NCBI GenBank assembly: GCA_002633005.1
Contig: NMRA01000004.1
Coordinates: forward strand, 1,355,857-1,419,411
DNA length: 63,555 bases
DNA from: Phoronis australis
Taxonomy: Eukaryota; Animalia; Phoronida
Direction: 5' to 3'
Position numbers and translations under genes: made by a program. Of the stretch, positions 34,301 to 63,555 are shown in pieces. The notes below the pieces were generated by a model. The model was given only the letters and a program-made list of their open reading frames with translations. It was not told where the DNA came from and did no database searches. Within the stretch, counting starts at the first letter, position 1, and the number at the start of each line of letters is the position of its first letter.

Positions 34301-36657
34301 AAATATTTTTTCTAAAAAAACACATTGCCCAGTTTAGCCCACACTGAGCCATTTAAGAGACCACAAATTATATTTCTGCCAAAAACAATCCCAGCAACTG
34401 ATCTGCTTTTGTGACTATTGTAAATCGAAGTACTAGCATAAGACCAACCACTTCTGCCTTGTGAGAATTTAAAATTCTGTTGCGTTCACAACTAAAACCA
34501 GCCAAGTCTTGCATAAATAATGCAGTGAATACTAGATTATGCAACACCAAACACTCTGTGATTTATTAGCACTCTAAGTCTTGCATGCTGTGGGCAGTAC
34601 ATGCAAATATAACGCCAGGCCTTCCAACAAAATTGGCGGTAAGAATTACACTACTTTGGACCTTACTACATGTTTAGCCGTTAAAGCAGACCAGCATACC
34701 TGTTAGCTCGTTAAGCCAGGTAACTGTAGGTGTCTTTCTGTCCCTCCACTCTCTCCAGATACTCCTTCTCAATGAGAATGTCAATACATTTCTGTAATAA
34801 AAATGAATCTCTGTATATCCGGGTGATTGAGTGTCCGTGAAGATTTACATTAATTTTTCAAGATCATATCAGTATTCAACAACTAGTGCACTTATGATAT
34901 TCAATGTCTTGTACCAAAAGATATTCAATATCAAGTGTCCATATTATATCAACTATTTAGTGTCCACATAAAACCAAATATTTAGAGTACATACAGTACC
35001 GAATTTTCAAACGCACTAAAACAATCTAAACTAATTAAAGTTATATCTCTCATCTGGAGATCTTCTTCTGACAACCACAGCTCAGCAATACTGACTTGAG
35101 TAAACACAAACGTATGTTTCGGAAATTTTCAATACCCATGGAAACCAACAAGAACACAAAGTAACTACTTGTAAGAGAAGTATTTTGAAATAAAATTTGG
35201 TAACCCTAGGCTATGTTTCCACTAAAAGTGACTTGAGATTTAAAATAGAAATTTAGTCTTCACTCGCCAATTAATTATTAGCATGCCACTGCCTGGATAT
35301 AAATTTTTCACATTTTCTAACTATTATAGGTGTATTCTCAGATACTTTATTCTTGCTAAAGAAGTCGAAATTATTTTTTTTCAGAAATAAATAACACCAG
35401 ATTACTGTCTTAAGACTTAAAGTCATTTTCTTGAAAGAGACTCCCGGGTAACAGTACAGTTCGCATCAGGTCATCAGTGCACTGGGCCCACCAGAGTGGC
35501 CTGCACATGTCAGGTACAATGTGTAGCAGAACGCCTGCAGTTATTTTTATTATAAATATGGTAGATATTTGTTGTCACAAAAATATTAATATGAAAATGA
35601 CTCAACCTTTACAAACACACGTGAACCATTACCTTTATCACAGGTACGCGTGGCTTGAACCGAGACGACAGCTGGTTGAGTACTTCAGCCAATAGCTGTT
35701 GATGTTTCAGTACCTTACGCATCTTCATGATTCTAACTATGGCTGCCTGGAATACACACACATGAATAGGGTTAGTGAAAGGATATTCATATCCAAGTTT
35801 TTAAAGGGACGTTTTGACATAATTAGATTGACCAGAGCTTTAAAACAATAAAATCCTTTGTGATTTCATTGAAAATTGCCAATTCTCGCCATTGTCTGCC
35901 AGACATTTGATGAAATTAAGGCCAATGTTTTTAACCCTTAGATATGCTTAAAATACAACACTATTCAGCACGTGACTCACTACTGATCTGCAGACACAGT
36001 GACCCACTACTGACCTACGAACACAGCCAGTTCAACAGTGACCCACTATTGACCTAAACACACACAGTCACTTCAACAGTGACCCACCAGTAACCTACAA
36101 ACACAGACAGTTCAACAGTGACCCACCACTGACCTACAAACACAGCCAGTTCAACAGTGACCCACTATTGACCTAAACACACACAGTCACTCCAACAGTG
36201 ACCCACCACTGACCTGTATAAGCAACTTCCTGTCTTCCTCGATGTGTTTATGTGTTGACTCTTGCTCTGCCTTGATCTCCGTCTTCATCGGCACGTNTAA
36301 GAGACCACAAATAATATTTCTGCCAAAACAATCCCAGCAACTGATCTGCTTTTGTGACTATTGTAAATCGAAGTACTAGCATAAGACCAACCACTTCTGC
36401 CTTGTGAGAATTTAAAATTCTGTTGCGTTCACAACTAAAACCAGCCAAGTCTTGCATAAATAATGCAGTGAATACGGGAATATGTAACACCAAACACTCT
36501 CTGATTTATTAGCACTCTAAGTCTTGCATGCTGTGTGCAGTCAGTACATGCAAATATAACACCAGGCCTTCCAACAAAATTGGCGGTAAGAATTACACTA
36601 CTTTGGACCTTACTACATGTTTAGCCATTAAAGCAGACCAGCATACCTGTAAGCTCG

Positions 36658-53423
<16,766 letters not shown>

Positions 53424-53985
53424 GATCTGGTTCTCTGGCTTGTGATTGGCTTAGAACCAGTCTACTTCTCTTAGTTGACAAACTGGCGATGACTGGATTC
53501 TGATAGGAGACAGCAACAACATGGAGTCGTCAGATAGATTACAGCTTTTGTATTTGTCACAGGATGGGTACACCACAGGAACAACCTGAAAATGAGCAAA
53601 AGCACACAACTATTACTGCGTTCATCACCACAATATCAAAATTAAAGCAATGAGAGGCTCTAATGATTTCAATGACAACAAGAATAATGCAAAGCATTAA
53701 TTGAAATGCACTCACGACTGCACTGCAACCGGTAAGCTATAGTGTGTGTGTGTGCGTGCGTGCGTGCGCGCTTGCATGCGCTTGCGCGTGCTTGTGTCTG
53801 CCTGTTTGTGTCTGCCTGTCTGTGTCTGCCTTTTGAGGTCTTCTTATGAGGAATACACCTGCCAATTTTTATTACCTTTGAACTGTTTGGCAGGTAGAAA
53901 GGTGGACACCACACAACAGACAAAACTTGCCACTAGGTCGTGTAACATATGTTGATTACATTCGAAATTGTCTCCTAAAAACCAA

Positions 53986-55391
53986 CTGTATTCGCCATTA
54001 TAACCGCCCAGGGCGCTTAGAAAAGTTCGGTTCAGGGGGCGCTTATTATAACCCAAGGCGGTTGAAACCCGGTCTCCGAAACGGGGGAAATCGGAAGCTA
54101 AGATTCATCAAATTTCCGCTCTGTGACGTATATGTAATCTATGAAAGACTTTCAACAAAACTGTGGTGCATTGCTATCAAACTTTGCTGCTAAATTACGA
54201 TCATTTTAAAGAAAATTGTGCTGAAATCAGTCCCAGGGCGAAAACTCGCCGACTGCCTCGAAATCGCGGTCTTCGATATGGTGACTTCAATGCTTGAATA
54301 AAAATGGTTTGGACTCAAGCAAATTACCTGAAATCCCCATTAAGTTTTATAAGTAGCGTCTCTAAGATTTTTTAAGTTCCCGTGGAGTCGGCAGGTTTAA
54401 GTACAAATCTGTGCAACATTGTGCCATCTACATGTATGATCGGCAACACGGCGAGAAAAATGTCTGGACGAACACACATATTGTTGTCATGTGACGTTTG
54501 TTTTGAAGTTCGTTTGCGAGTAAGCGAGCACATGCTTGTCACCAGAGTTCATTTGCCAAAGCAGAGACCGTCTTTTGGCCAGAGCCACGCAATCTAACTA
54601 GCTAGATGTGCATTGTATCAAAAGAATTGTGCACAAGCAGTAGGCCTAAACCAGAGTGTATTTCATTCAGCACTTGCCGGTATCGTAATAAAAACGTTTG
54701 ACATTTGTCTCGGTAAGGCTTACATTAGTCGCCGTGTAGCTGGATGCGTACGTAACAATCTGACAGTTATTTTCGGTGTAAGGGTGTGTAAGCATTCACT
54801 GTCAGCTGTCATTTTATCGGATATTCGGCTTAAAAACACCAATTATGGTTAACTATAATCCATCTCAAAAATAACGCAAACATGTTTTATAGTATTAGAA
54901 ATTGTTGGAAATTAGTGCCAATATTCATGTCTTACCAATGCTATGCTACCCGTTTCTTGAATGGATAGTTCCCGACTAATGTCTTTGATTACAGGTTCAT
55001 GTATGTACCGCGCGCTTCCTGGCCACGTGCGTTTAACACAGAGTTATATTTATTCATGAGACAGTCGATGTGTCTACTGAAAGGTCAGACCATAGTGGGA
55101 CACGGTCGTCGCGAGAGCGTGGTAATGCTGTTGAGTTCTTTTTGAAGCGCTGCGTTACTTTGAAGTGTAAAGCCACGGCTAAAAAAAACGTAGCAGTGCC
55201 GCTGGTGGTCTAGAAGACCCGTGCAAATTTTTTTGATAAACTGAAGACGTTACTGTAGCCGAGTTTTAGGACTGAAGATACGTCATTGTTCGCATGTACA
55301 CGTTCATGGACTGGGCGCTTATTTCAGGAAAGTCTGAAAACGCGTGGGGGGGCGCTTATAGGGGCATGGGCGGTTATTACGGCGAATACGG
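53986..55391 (+). mobile_element. Pogo/Tc2-like non-autonomous DNA transposon with a decayed HIRAN-like ORF
   Basis: TIRs of about 24 bp: CTGTATTCGCCATTATAACCGCCCA / TGGGCGGTTATTACGGCGAATACGG|TA. Coding relics LKGQTIVGH, EFFLKRCVTLKCKATAK, GGLEDPCKF, DKLKTLL* at about 55075-55258. Confidence 0.75.
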
Positions 55392-57195
55392 TATTTGCCA
55401 AACCAAAGAACTCAAAGAAACAGAGACAAATGAAAAAAGCTTAGGTTGCCACTAGGGGGCATAGCAGTGCTCAAATTGGTTCGAAACATGTCGTCATCCA
55501 TCAACATCTTCGTCGGACCATACCAAATCATATTCAGATCCTGAAAACGGAAGCCATAGACGTTCTGACATTGATGACAGTTATATGCCTTGCCCTGATT
55601 AAAGCATAAAAGTCACCTTGCTACAAATACCCCTCAAGCGCAGGCAGAGGGACACTTTTGGCAAAGGCAGACTTTGACGTTTAAATGCTTCCAATTCAAA
55701 CAAAATATTTCCGCAGTAACAATTTCTTTCTGAAGGATTCCTTAATTTACCAAGGCAAATGACAGTTGACCTTCATTTCCTTCAAAGTGCTCAAGGTCAA
55801 ACATATGCAAAATTATGCAGAGGGCATTCTAAAAAGAGGCAGCCCAAACGGTTCAGAGCTAAAGCACATTACAGTTATCTCTTGTTTAATTTCAACACCA
55901 AACGACAGCGGCTTCCCAAATCCACATATCAACCTAGTCCATTGTTTAGCATTTGTGCGGTCTTTTCTCCTAAATTGTAACTCACACGTTATCTACCACA
56001 ATAAATGCAAAGGTGAACACATCTTTCAGGACTGAAATACAAGTACAAAAACCAAAACCAAAAACGTTTTGGCTGATATTTATGTCATTTCTTCCGTGAA
56101 AATCATAATTTTTCTCACGTAATGCCATTTCCGAAGTCAAACAGTTAAAGATTGACATTATTGTATTCAAATTTAATTTCAGGCAGAATTTTACTGCTGT
56201 TGAGTCATCGCTAATGCGGTAATTGCCCTCCTCCACACAAAAGGAACTTGCACCTGATGGTTCTTTAAGTAACTATTCAAAATAAATTGGGTTTTGTCCA
56301 CATTACAACATGGCTACTACCGGACATGTTTAGCTTTTTGGCCTCGTAACACATTAGTTGGATTATGCTTAAAGGATCAAACAAGATAAAAAAGGAAAAA
56401 TCAGTAACATGATTACTTTCATTTCATTTCCTTTTTTAGTATATTTTCATTTAAAAGTTATATATAGAGATATAAACACTGCTAGGACATAAAATTCTGT
56501 ATCATTAGCGTGCGAGTCAAGTGTCCAAACCAATTGGCCAGTGAACAATTGCCCATTGGCAACTGAATCAGAGAGGCTAATTTACAGTGACAACAGGAAG
56601 TCTCGCCATTCAACACTGCTTTCCTGCAGATCTCAGCAACACCTTAGTATCCTGGAATTTGCACACAGCAACACACCCTGTTTCCAGGAATAAAGCCCTC
56701 AGTAACACTCTCCTTGTGATCTGGCACCAACCAGGCCAACACTTCCTCTATCCGCCACTTGGAAGCTTTTTTACAGATATCATAGGTTTCGTGGGTACCA
56801 CCCTTGTTGGTCTCATTGTTGAACAAAATTCACATGTTCACTGTCATGACTTGAATTCAGGATCTTCAGCGTGCAAGTCATGCGTCCAAACTTATCGTTC
56901 CGTGGCAAGCAATTTGAAGAGGCTAATAACACGACACAACCACAGGCGTCCTCAGCTTCTGATCGTCCCCAATACACTACATATAATACTACAAGGTATG
57001 ACACTTGCGACCAGAAATTCCACGGGTGCTTCACTTCAGCCGTCCATAGCAAACATAAAACTCAATAAATTTACACAAAACAGAGGTTCAACAAACCATG
57101 AAGAATTGTTCTTTCTCCCAATACCATTCACGGTGTCCTGTTCCGGCGACTTCGTAAGAAATTCGCAGTCAAAGAACAAAAATGTTCACAAAAAA

Positions 57196-57595
57196 NNNNN
57201 NNNNNNNNNNNNNNNNNNNNNNNNNNNNNNNNNNNNNNNNNNNNNNNNNNNNNNNNNNNNNNNNNNNNNNNNNNNNNNNNNNNNNNNNNNNNNNNNNNNN
57301 NNNNNNNNNNNNNNNNNNNNNNNNNNNNNNNNNNNNNNNNNNNNNNNNNNNNNNNNNNNNNNNNNNNNNNNNNNNNNNNNNNNNNNNNNNNNNNNNNNNN
57401 NNNNNNNNNNNNNNNNNNNNNNNNNNNNNNNNNNNNNNNNNNNNNNNNNNNNNNNNNNNNNNNNNNNNNNNNNNNNNNNNNNNNNNNNNNNNNNNNNNNN
57501 NNNNNNNNNNNNNNNNNNNNNNNNNNNNNNNNNNNNNNNNNNNNNNNNNNNNNNNNNNNNNNNNNNNNNNNNNNNNNNNNNNNNNNNNNNNNNNN
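57196..57595. other. Assembly gap (400 N)
   Basis: Run of N. Confidence 1.
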
Positions 57596-57854
57596 CACTG
57601 CCAACTAGTACCCACGGACCTCGGGACAGCGCGCGTGGAAGGTTCCAGGAGTCAAGGACCTGTATGAGAGACGACCTTGTGTTCACCTGTGTTGTGGTGG
57701 TAAAGGTACCAAGGGACGTTGATGACCTGTATGCGAGACATCCTGGTGTTCACCTTCCTGTCGCATGCCCGTTCCGTAGGAAAGGGTGGAATGTTGTAGA
57801 TGGGCTTCCGGTGAATTATATGAGCCTCTGTTAGCTACTCGCTAACAGGCAATT

Positions 57855-57925
57855 GCCTATTAGCTGAATGGTTAGCACGCTTGCCGGTTTTATGGGGGTC
57901 GCGGGTTCGATCCCTGGGTCGGGTA
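57855..57925 (+). pseudogene. tRNA-derived sequence (SINE head or tRNA pseudogene)
   Basis: A box TAGCTGAATGG and B box GGTTCGATCCC at tRNA spacing; acceptor and anticodon stems do not pair well. Confidence 0.55.
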
Positions 57926-57954
57926 ATCTCGGCTATTACTACTAATGCGCTATG

Positions 57955-58628
57955 TATAATACTGAAAGGTCTGCCACTAGGGACTAGGGAATTCCACCGG
58001 TGGCGGTGCTTCACTTCAGCCATCCATATCAGACAAAAATTTCAATAAATTTACAGAAAACAGGGATGTAACAAACCATGAACATTTGTTTGTTCTCCTG
58101 ATACCATTAAAGACATCCTGACCAAGGGAGTTCGCAACAAATTCGCAATCAAAACACAAAAATCTTCACAAAGGCCAACACATCGCTACATATATCTGTT
58201 CAGTCGATGTGTCATGCGAGTTAGCACAGGAATTGCTGATATGTCACGGAAGGTCACAACATCAATAACTCCACACTTAGTCACATCATTGCGTAACCTG
58301 CTGTGATGAACCGCCAATTGCCATTATCCATCTGCAACTCATCGGGTCATTCTGAACTTGACCTTGAACTGGCTCCTGTGACCAGTCAACTGAACAGGTA
58401 TAGCGATGCATCGGCCTTTTGTGAAGATTTTTATATTTTGATTGCAAATTTGTTGCGAACTCTCTGGAGCAGGACACTGTAAATGTTATCAGGAGATGGA
58501 ACAATTGTTCATGGTTTTTTGAATCCCTGTTTTGTGTAAATTTATTGAGATTTGTGTTTGATGTGGACGGCTGAAGTGAAGCACCCATGGAATTCCTAGT
58601 CCGGAGTGTTAGACCTTTTAGTATTATA
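57955..58628. mobile_element. Foldback/MITE with imperfect terminal inverted repeats of about 250 bp; a related arm at 56982-57195 runs into the gap
   Basis: TATAATACTGAAAGGTCT...GGAATTCC..GTGCTTCACTTCAGCC at the left is mirrored by GGCTGAAGTGAAGCAC..GGAATTCC...AGACCTTTTAGTATTATA at the right. Confidence 0.8.
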
Positions 58629-60669
58629 CTAAGCTAAGGATGCCTGTGCAACAAACTGCTTTACTATAGCTTATTTCAATTCTATTAGAACACCTATCGC
58701 CAGTCAGCTAGCTAACTAGCCAACACTAGCATCATCGTCTTTTCATGTCTCTACTTACCAAATTTCATGTAAATCCATGAATGAACTCTGAAGATACAAA
58801 GAAACAAAAAACCCGAAAAAAGTAGAAAAACAAGGCAAATGTCCACTAAAAAGGCAGGAACTACCAAAATTTGGCAAACTCAAAATTCTAAAGCTCTGAA
58901 CGTACCCTGTGAATATGAGTAATAGGTTCACATTCTCAAAAGTTTGAGTCCCCAATTTTTTAGACTGGGTGCACTCGTGCTAGTTACGATCTCCTCATCT
59001 GGAACACTCTTGCCAATTTGTAGAATGATCTTTCAAACAGTTTGGCAGACAGAGAGGCAGATGCCAAAAACAAACAGTTTTACTTTAAAAATGACCACTA
59101 GGTGGTGCACAATACGTCAAAGCCATCTGAAAATAGAAAGGTGTCATCTTATTAGTATTATATAAACCTACTTGCCATAAAAAATTCTGAAATCCGTAGG
59201 CAGAGAGGCAACCGTAAAAATTAAGATTGCCACTAGGGGGCACACCAGTAGTCAAATCGGTCTGAAATTCATTGCGATATGTACAGCTTGGTACAATCAC
59301 ATCTGCCTAGTCTCATTAAGATGCTTCCCCTGATTTGGGAGATTCAACGGCAAACCAACTACAGATGCCCAGACAGAGATGATGGCAATATGCGCCCAAA
59401 AATAAATTTCATATGTGGGCACATAAAAATGATGCCTGTATTTCAAGACCACTCGTGTCTCATGATCAGACAGAAATAGAAGTATACAGCGCTAACTGCA
59501 GCTGGTCATATAAAATCTCAATGCACCCAGGTACAAGCAACTCATTGCTCTATTTGTGATGTACATAAGATTCTGAGAATGTTGGACCCAATAGAGGACC
59601 CATGTTTTTACCATTTTTTGCAATTTAAACAGCTTGCCGTTTGAGTGCCAAAAGGGAACTTTGGTAGTACATGTGATTAAAGTGTTTGAAACTGTCACAC
59701 GAGTTTCTTGTACAAACTTGTGGCATATCTGCCGTACGAGAAAGTGAAAAGTGCAACAGCGTTGTCAAAATGCCTCGCCATTCCTTATGGTGTAAACCAT
59801 GGGAAAATGAGCAGCATTTTATCTGACGACTTTTCACACTAAACACAATGGAGGATAACTAATGCTTTGGTTGTCCCAATGTTACATCGTTTGTTTCGAC
59901 CAATAAATACTCTTACCTCATGATCAGCTAATTAACATATCGTCAGATAGTGTTTGTGGGGTGTTCTAGTTTGACAGCTAGATGACTGATGGGGTTTGTT
60001 GGTGTTTTTGATAGGAAACTGGTGATTTGAAGAACTTAAATTAAGAGTTCCTTCATCCTAGCAACAACATTGCCGTGTATTGAATAATTCTGCCTACAAG
60101 AGGGGCTGTTGCCAAACTATTCATAGTGTATTCTAATAGATGTTCTAAACAGATCTACTAGATAATAAGCTCCTGTGAGCTAAACTGCCAGAAGTACCTT
60201 TTGAGCTTAAAAGTAACCTTTGGAGGCCTTAGAAATATTTAAACTTTTCAAACTCTAACAAATACTCCAGCAATCAAGATTATTGTTTTATTGTCATTCT
60301 CCTACGAAATTTATAGTTGGCCTCCATTATGTTGAAAGTGCTAGAGGTCAGATGGTTATGGAAGGGTAACATATCTGGCAATCATGCCAAGAGAAGGCAG
60401 CACAGACATGTCTAGATTCACGGCACCTTGTTTTTCATCTATCAATACTGAACTGCGCTCTGGTCTGATTTACAGAAATCTGGAAAATAAGGGACCGGTA
60501 CTATAGACAAAAATGTGTCTTGGTCGCTTTTTCAGAAACTTAAAACACACAAGATTTCTTTCTGTTGCATTCTAACTTCCTTCATTCGTCGAGGTGTCAT
60601 TTTCAGAAGATTTGATGTACATGTAGTTTTAGGATGCACGAGTAGCCCTGTAACTCTCTTCTTTTCTAG

Positions 60670-62250
60670 GTGGTTACCCCTCGCAAGGTCAAGGTTACCC
60701 CTCGCAAGGTCAAGGTTACCCCTCGCAGCCACCTCCACAGTATCAACCTCAACCACCACAAGGTATGCTTCCTTATTGAAAAACAGAGCTAATTGTTAAA
60801 AACCATGTTTTGTCTCAGTGACTATTTACCAATGTTATAGTTACTATAATCCCGCCTTCTGTAACAAAGCGAACTATGATTTAATTCACTTGTAGCTATA
60901 AAATTGGCCTCAAGTTGTTCCATACTGAGATGAGAAGTGACTTGTAGTCTTGCAAAGAGCTGACAGTTTGTTATAGCTCGAAAACAAACTCGACAATTGA
61001 AGTGACACGCCGTGACGAGTCAACTGAATTATCCTGATCTCGAGCAATACTGAACTGTCAGTTTTTCATAGTCCCAGAAATCACATGTATTTTGAATAAG
61101 GAACAGCTTGAGATCAATTTCACTTAAATGGTGTACCGGTAATTTGGAAGTTGTTTCTTGCGAAGGGGGGGGGGGGGGGGGGGGCAGGTTTATAGCCGCT
61201 TTAAGTGAAAAAGTTACTTTGAAAGAATGAGTGGCTAGACCGAAGAGCTATGGAACATTTTGACATCAAGCCTTCCACTTTGGAACATTTTGACATCAAG
61301 CCTTCCACTTTGGAACATTTTGACATCAAGCCTTCCACTTTTTTCCCCTATCCTCAGTTCTCAGAGATCGGTAAATCAGTCTAGATAATTATTCCACCTT
61401 CCTGGTTGAGGTGTGCAGGGGTCTGTTACAGTTAAGATTATGTAGTACCTTATCGACTTGTCTATATATTTAGCCAAATATCTGCAAAACTGTACGTTTT
61501 AATGCCAAAAAGTAAATATATATTTCCTGAAAGTACAAACCCCATAGAATTTGATGTTTGACTGAATACCGATCTTACATTAATTGGGTCACGTGAACAT
61601 GTATTTTTAGTAAACTTTAACAAAAGAGAAAGGTACAACGGTGTCAGTTGCATGAAAAAATTTCATTTGATATCAATGTTCATGATGAAATCTCAAAAAT
61701 GGTATAACAGTTTTCTAAATTATCTCGTTTTATGCAACTTGATTTGATTTTTTTATATTATTTTTGTATTATTTTGGTAGCCCCTTGTGCAAAAATGCAA
61801 TGTTTTGAATATTGAGAAGCAATTCCTAGCTGTATAGTTGTGAACAGTGTATAAAGTATCAGTCACTTCTCTTAGATATGAAGTTGCCAAGTTTGCAGAA
61901 TTTGGACATTTTCTAGGGTCCTACGTAACCTTGAGTTAGAAATTTGATCTTGTGCTCCATGAAACTTAAAAATAATCAAACCTCACTTGAGCAAACGTGC
62001 AGTATCTGTGAGAATATACACGTATATCTGCTAGGTATTGAGATAATTTCTCTAAATTATTTCTAGACTGTACACGCTCATAATTGCTTGTAAACCTTTT
62101 TTCAGCAGTTGTAAAATGGGAGCAGGAGATCAAGTTTGAGTCGTAGTCACTTTCATGTGACAGAGCCCAGGTGTACTTAAATAAGTCTATTAGTAATTGT
62201 TATGTGTTGCAGGTTACTCTGCCGGTAATCCTCCACCATACGCAGGCCAG
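60670..62250 (+). CDS. Two exons of an unidentified protein with a Gly/Tyr/Pro/Gln-rich low-complexity region
   Basis: Exon 60670-60762 (cttttctag|...CAAG|gtatgc) = GGYPSQGQGYPSQGQGYPSQPPPQYQPQPPQ. Exon 62213-62250 (ttgcag|...CAG|gtaagt) = GYSAGNPPPYAGQ. Phases 1-1 and 1-0 join in frame. Confidence 0.75.
61251..61341. repeat. 30-bp perfect tandem repeat, 3 units
   Basis: TGGAACATTTTGACATCAAGCCTTCCACTT x3. Confidence 0.92.
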
Positions 62251-63555
62251 GTAAGTGTTGTCTTGTTTTTGAAGCACCAGTTGAGCTTATGGTATCCATG
62301 ACTACTGTCAGTGTGTGCTACAACGACGAATAAGTTTTGTGAAAGAGTGTGCTTTGAATAACGGTCTCAATGTGTCGCTGCCTTGTGTTTTGGTTTGGTC
62401 CTATGAAGTTTGCATTTTGAAGACAAGTTTAAAAATGTCAAAAAAATTATAAAGAGTGTCATACCTGTCTTCTTTCTCCACTCGAGCTCCTGGGTTCGAG
62501 TCTCGCTGAGCCACACTGCTAGACTGTTGAGTCAGGTTTCTAGCTCCTCAGCTCAGTGTTAGCTATGTATTAAAATGGCTCCAGGTGGCCACTGCCATCG
62601 GCGCACCTGGGCGGCCTCAGCATGTCTGGTACACCATGTACCAGACTGTCTGCAGCTGCTTTTTTAAACTATGACGAGTTTGAACACAAGCATTGATTAA
62701 AACCACTTACTGTTATGGACTTTGTGTCATATTAGAGATGCTTTCAAGGGATTAAAAGAACTTGCACTTAGATATTGTTTGAGATCAGGTTCTACAAGCT
62801 GACTTTTCACAGCATGCCATCTTATGCACAGAACATGGTCGCATTTAATAACGAGTTGTCAGTTCTTGGCAAACTCAGAAATCACCTTTCATCTCATAAA
62901 GGAACAAGTCAAAAACAATTTCATATCAGTAAGTGTCCTAAATCAAAAGTTTGTTTCTTGGTTAGGTATGTGGCTTTGTAGGCGCTTTAAAGTCCTTGTC
63001 TCACGCGTTGTTAACCCATATTACATGGTTAGAAGATGTTATAAGGATCCAAGAAGTACCTACCCCATATCTAATACACAATCCGTACTCGAAAACAGTT
63101 TAAATGAACGCGCCACTCACGATTTGCACCCGAAGAAACACCGCCATTTTGAACTTGCCGCGAACCCGGAAGTACAATTCATTCAGGAACCCAGGCCGAG
63201 AAAACACCGTCAGTGCGACTGGAGCAGTGCCTGTACTGTTACCAGCCAGCAAACGGGGATAAAAAAATCGACAGCGCGCCTTAATTTTGATAAAATCAAA
63301 CTACAGACAATTTTATGGAATTTGCTGAAGAAATGTGGCGAATAAATTTTGACAGAAATTATTTTGCCAGACTCGGGACCGCAGCCTATCGGACCCGGTG
63401 CGGATCGAGACCAGACACTGGCGAACGGTAAATGCATGCGGTTGCAAGCTGTTTTGTCGAAGTAAAATGGTCAAATGATAAATGCTGCATATATTCAAGG
63501 GTAGTTTCAGACACTTGCATGAAATTACGGGCTGGTTAGTCCTGTGTCACACTGC

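Noticed and set aside
34711-36296. Second cullin paralogue or alternative terminal exons
   Set aside because: Near-identical copy including introns, broken mid-exon at a single N; best explained as the other haplotype.
56587-57834. 415-aa ORF and other ORFs spanning the gap
   Set aside because: Length is inflated by 400 Ns, part runs through a foldback arm, and no domain is recognisable.
57855-57925. Functional tRNA gene
   Set aside because: A and B boxes are present, but acceptor and anticodon stems fail to pair and there is no T-run terminator.
62824-63345. 173-aa ORF as a gene or continuation of the GYP-rich gene
   Set aside because: No recognisable motif, composition unlike the upstream exons, and no convincing splice context.

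Overview
Intron-rich animal genomic DNA, probably from an invertebrate, with a 400-N gap at 57196-57595 and single Ns at 31797 and 36297. Three housekeeping genes were rebuilt by hand from splice signals. (1) The 3' end of importin beta-1 (KPNB1, + strand); its stop codon appears to be split by an intron. (2) A complete 13-exon DNA primase small subunit (PRIM1, - strand, 420 aa) with a minor-spliceosome AT-AC intron. (3) A complete cullin-1 with 19 coding exons (CUL1, - strand, 786 aa) and a U12 GT-AG intron. Two + strand GYP/Q-rich exons of an unidentified gene lie near the right end. PRIM1 intron 1 holds an intact Mag-like Ty3/gypsy LTR retrotransposon (168-bp LTRs, 5-bp TSD, tRNA-Ser PBS, single gag-pol ORF). 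Introns are full of non-autonomous elements: Harbinger-type MITEs, a 9-bp-TSD element, Helentron-like HINEs with CTCF-like motif arrays, a LINE 3' end and foldbacks. The least expected observation is a pogo/Tc2-like DNA element, in two copies at the CUL1 5' end, that carries a decayed HIRAN-like ORF rather than a transposase. The 2-kb duplication of the CUL1 3' end is most likely uncollapsed haplotypes. No database searches were run; family assignments come from remembered motifs.
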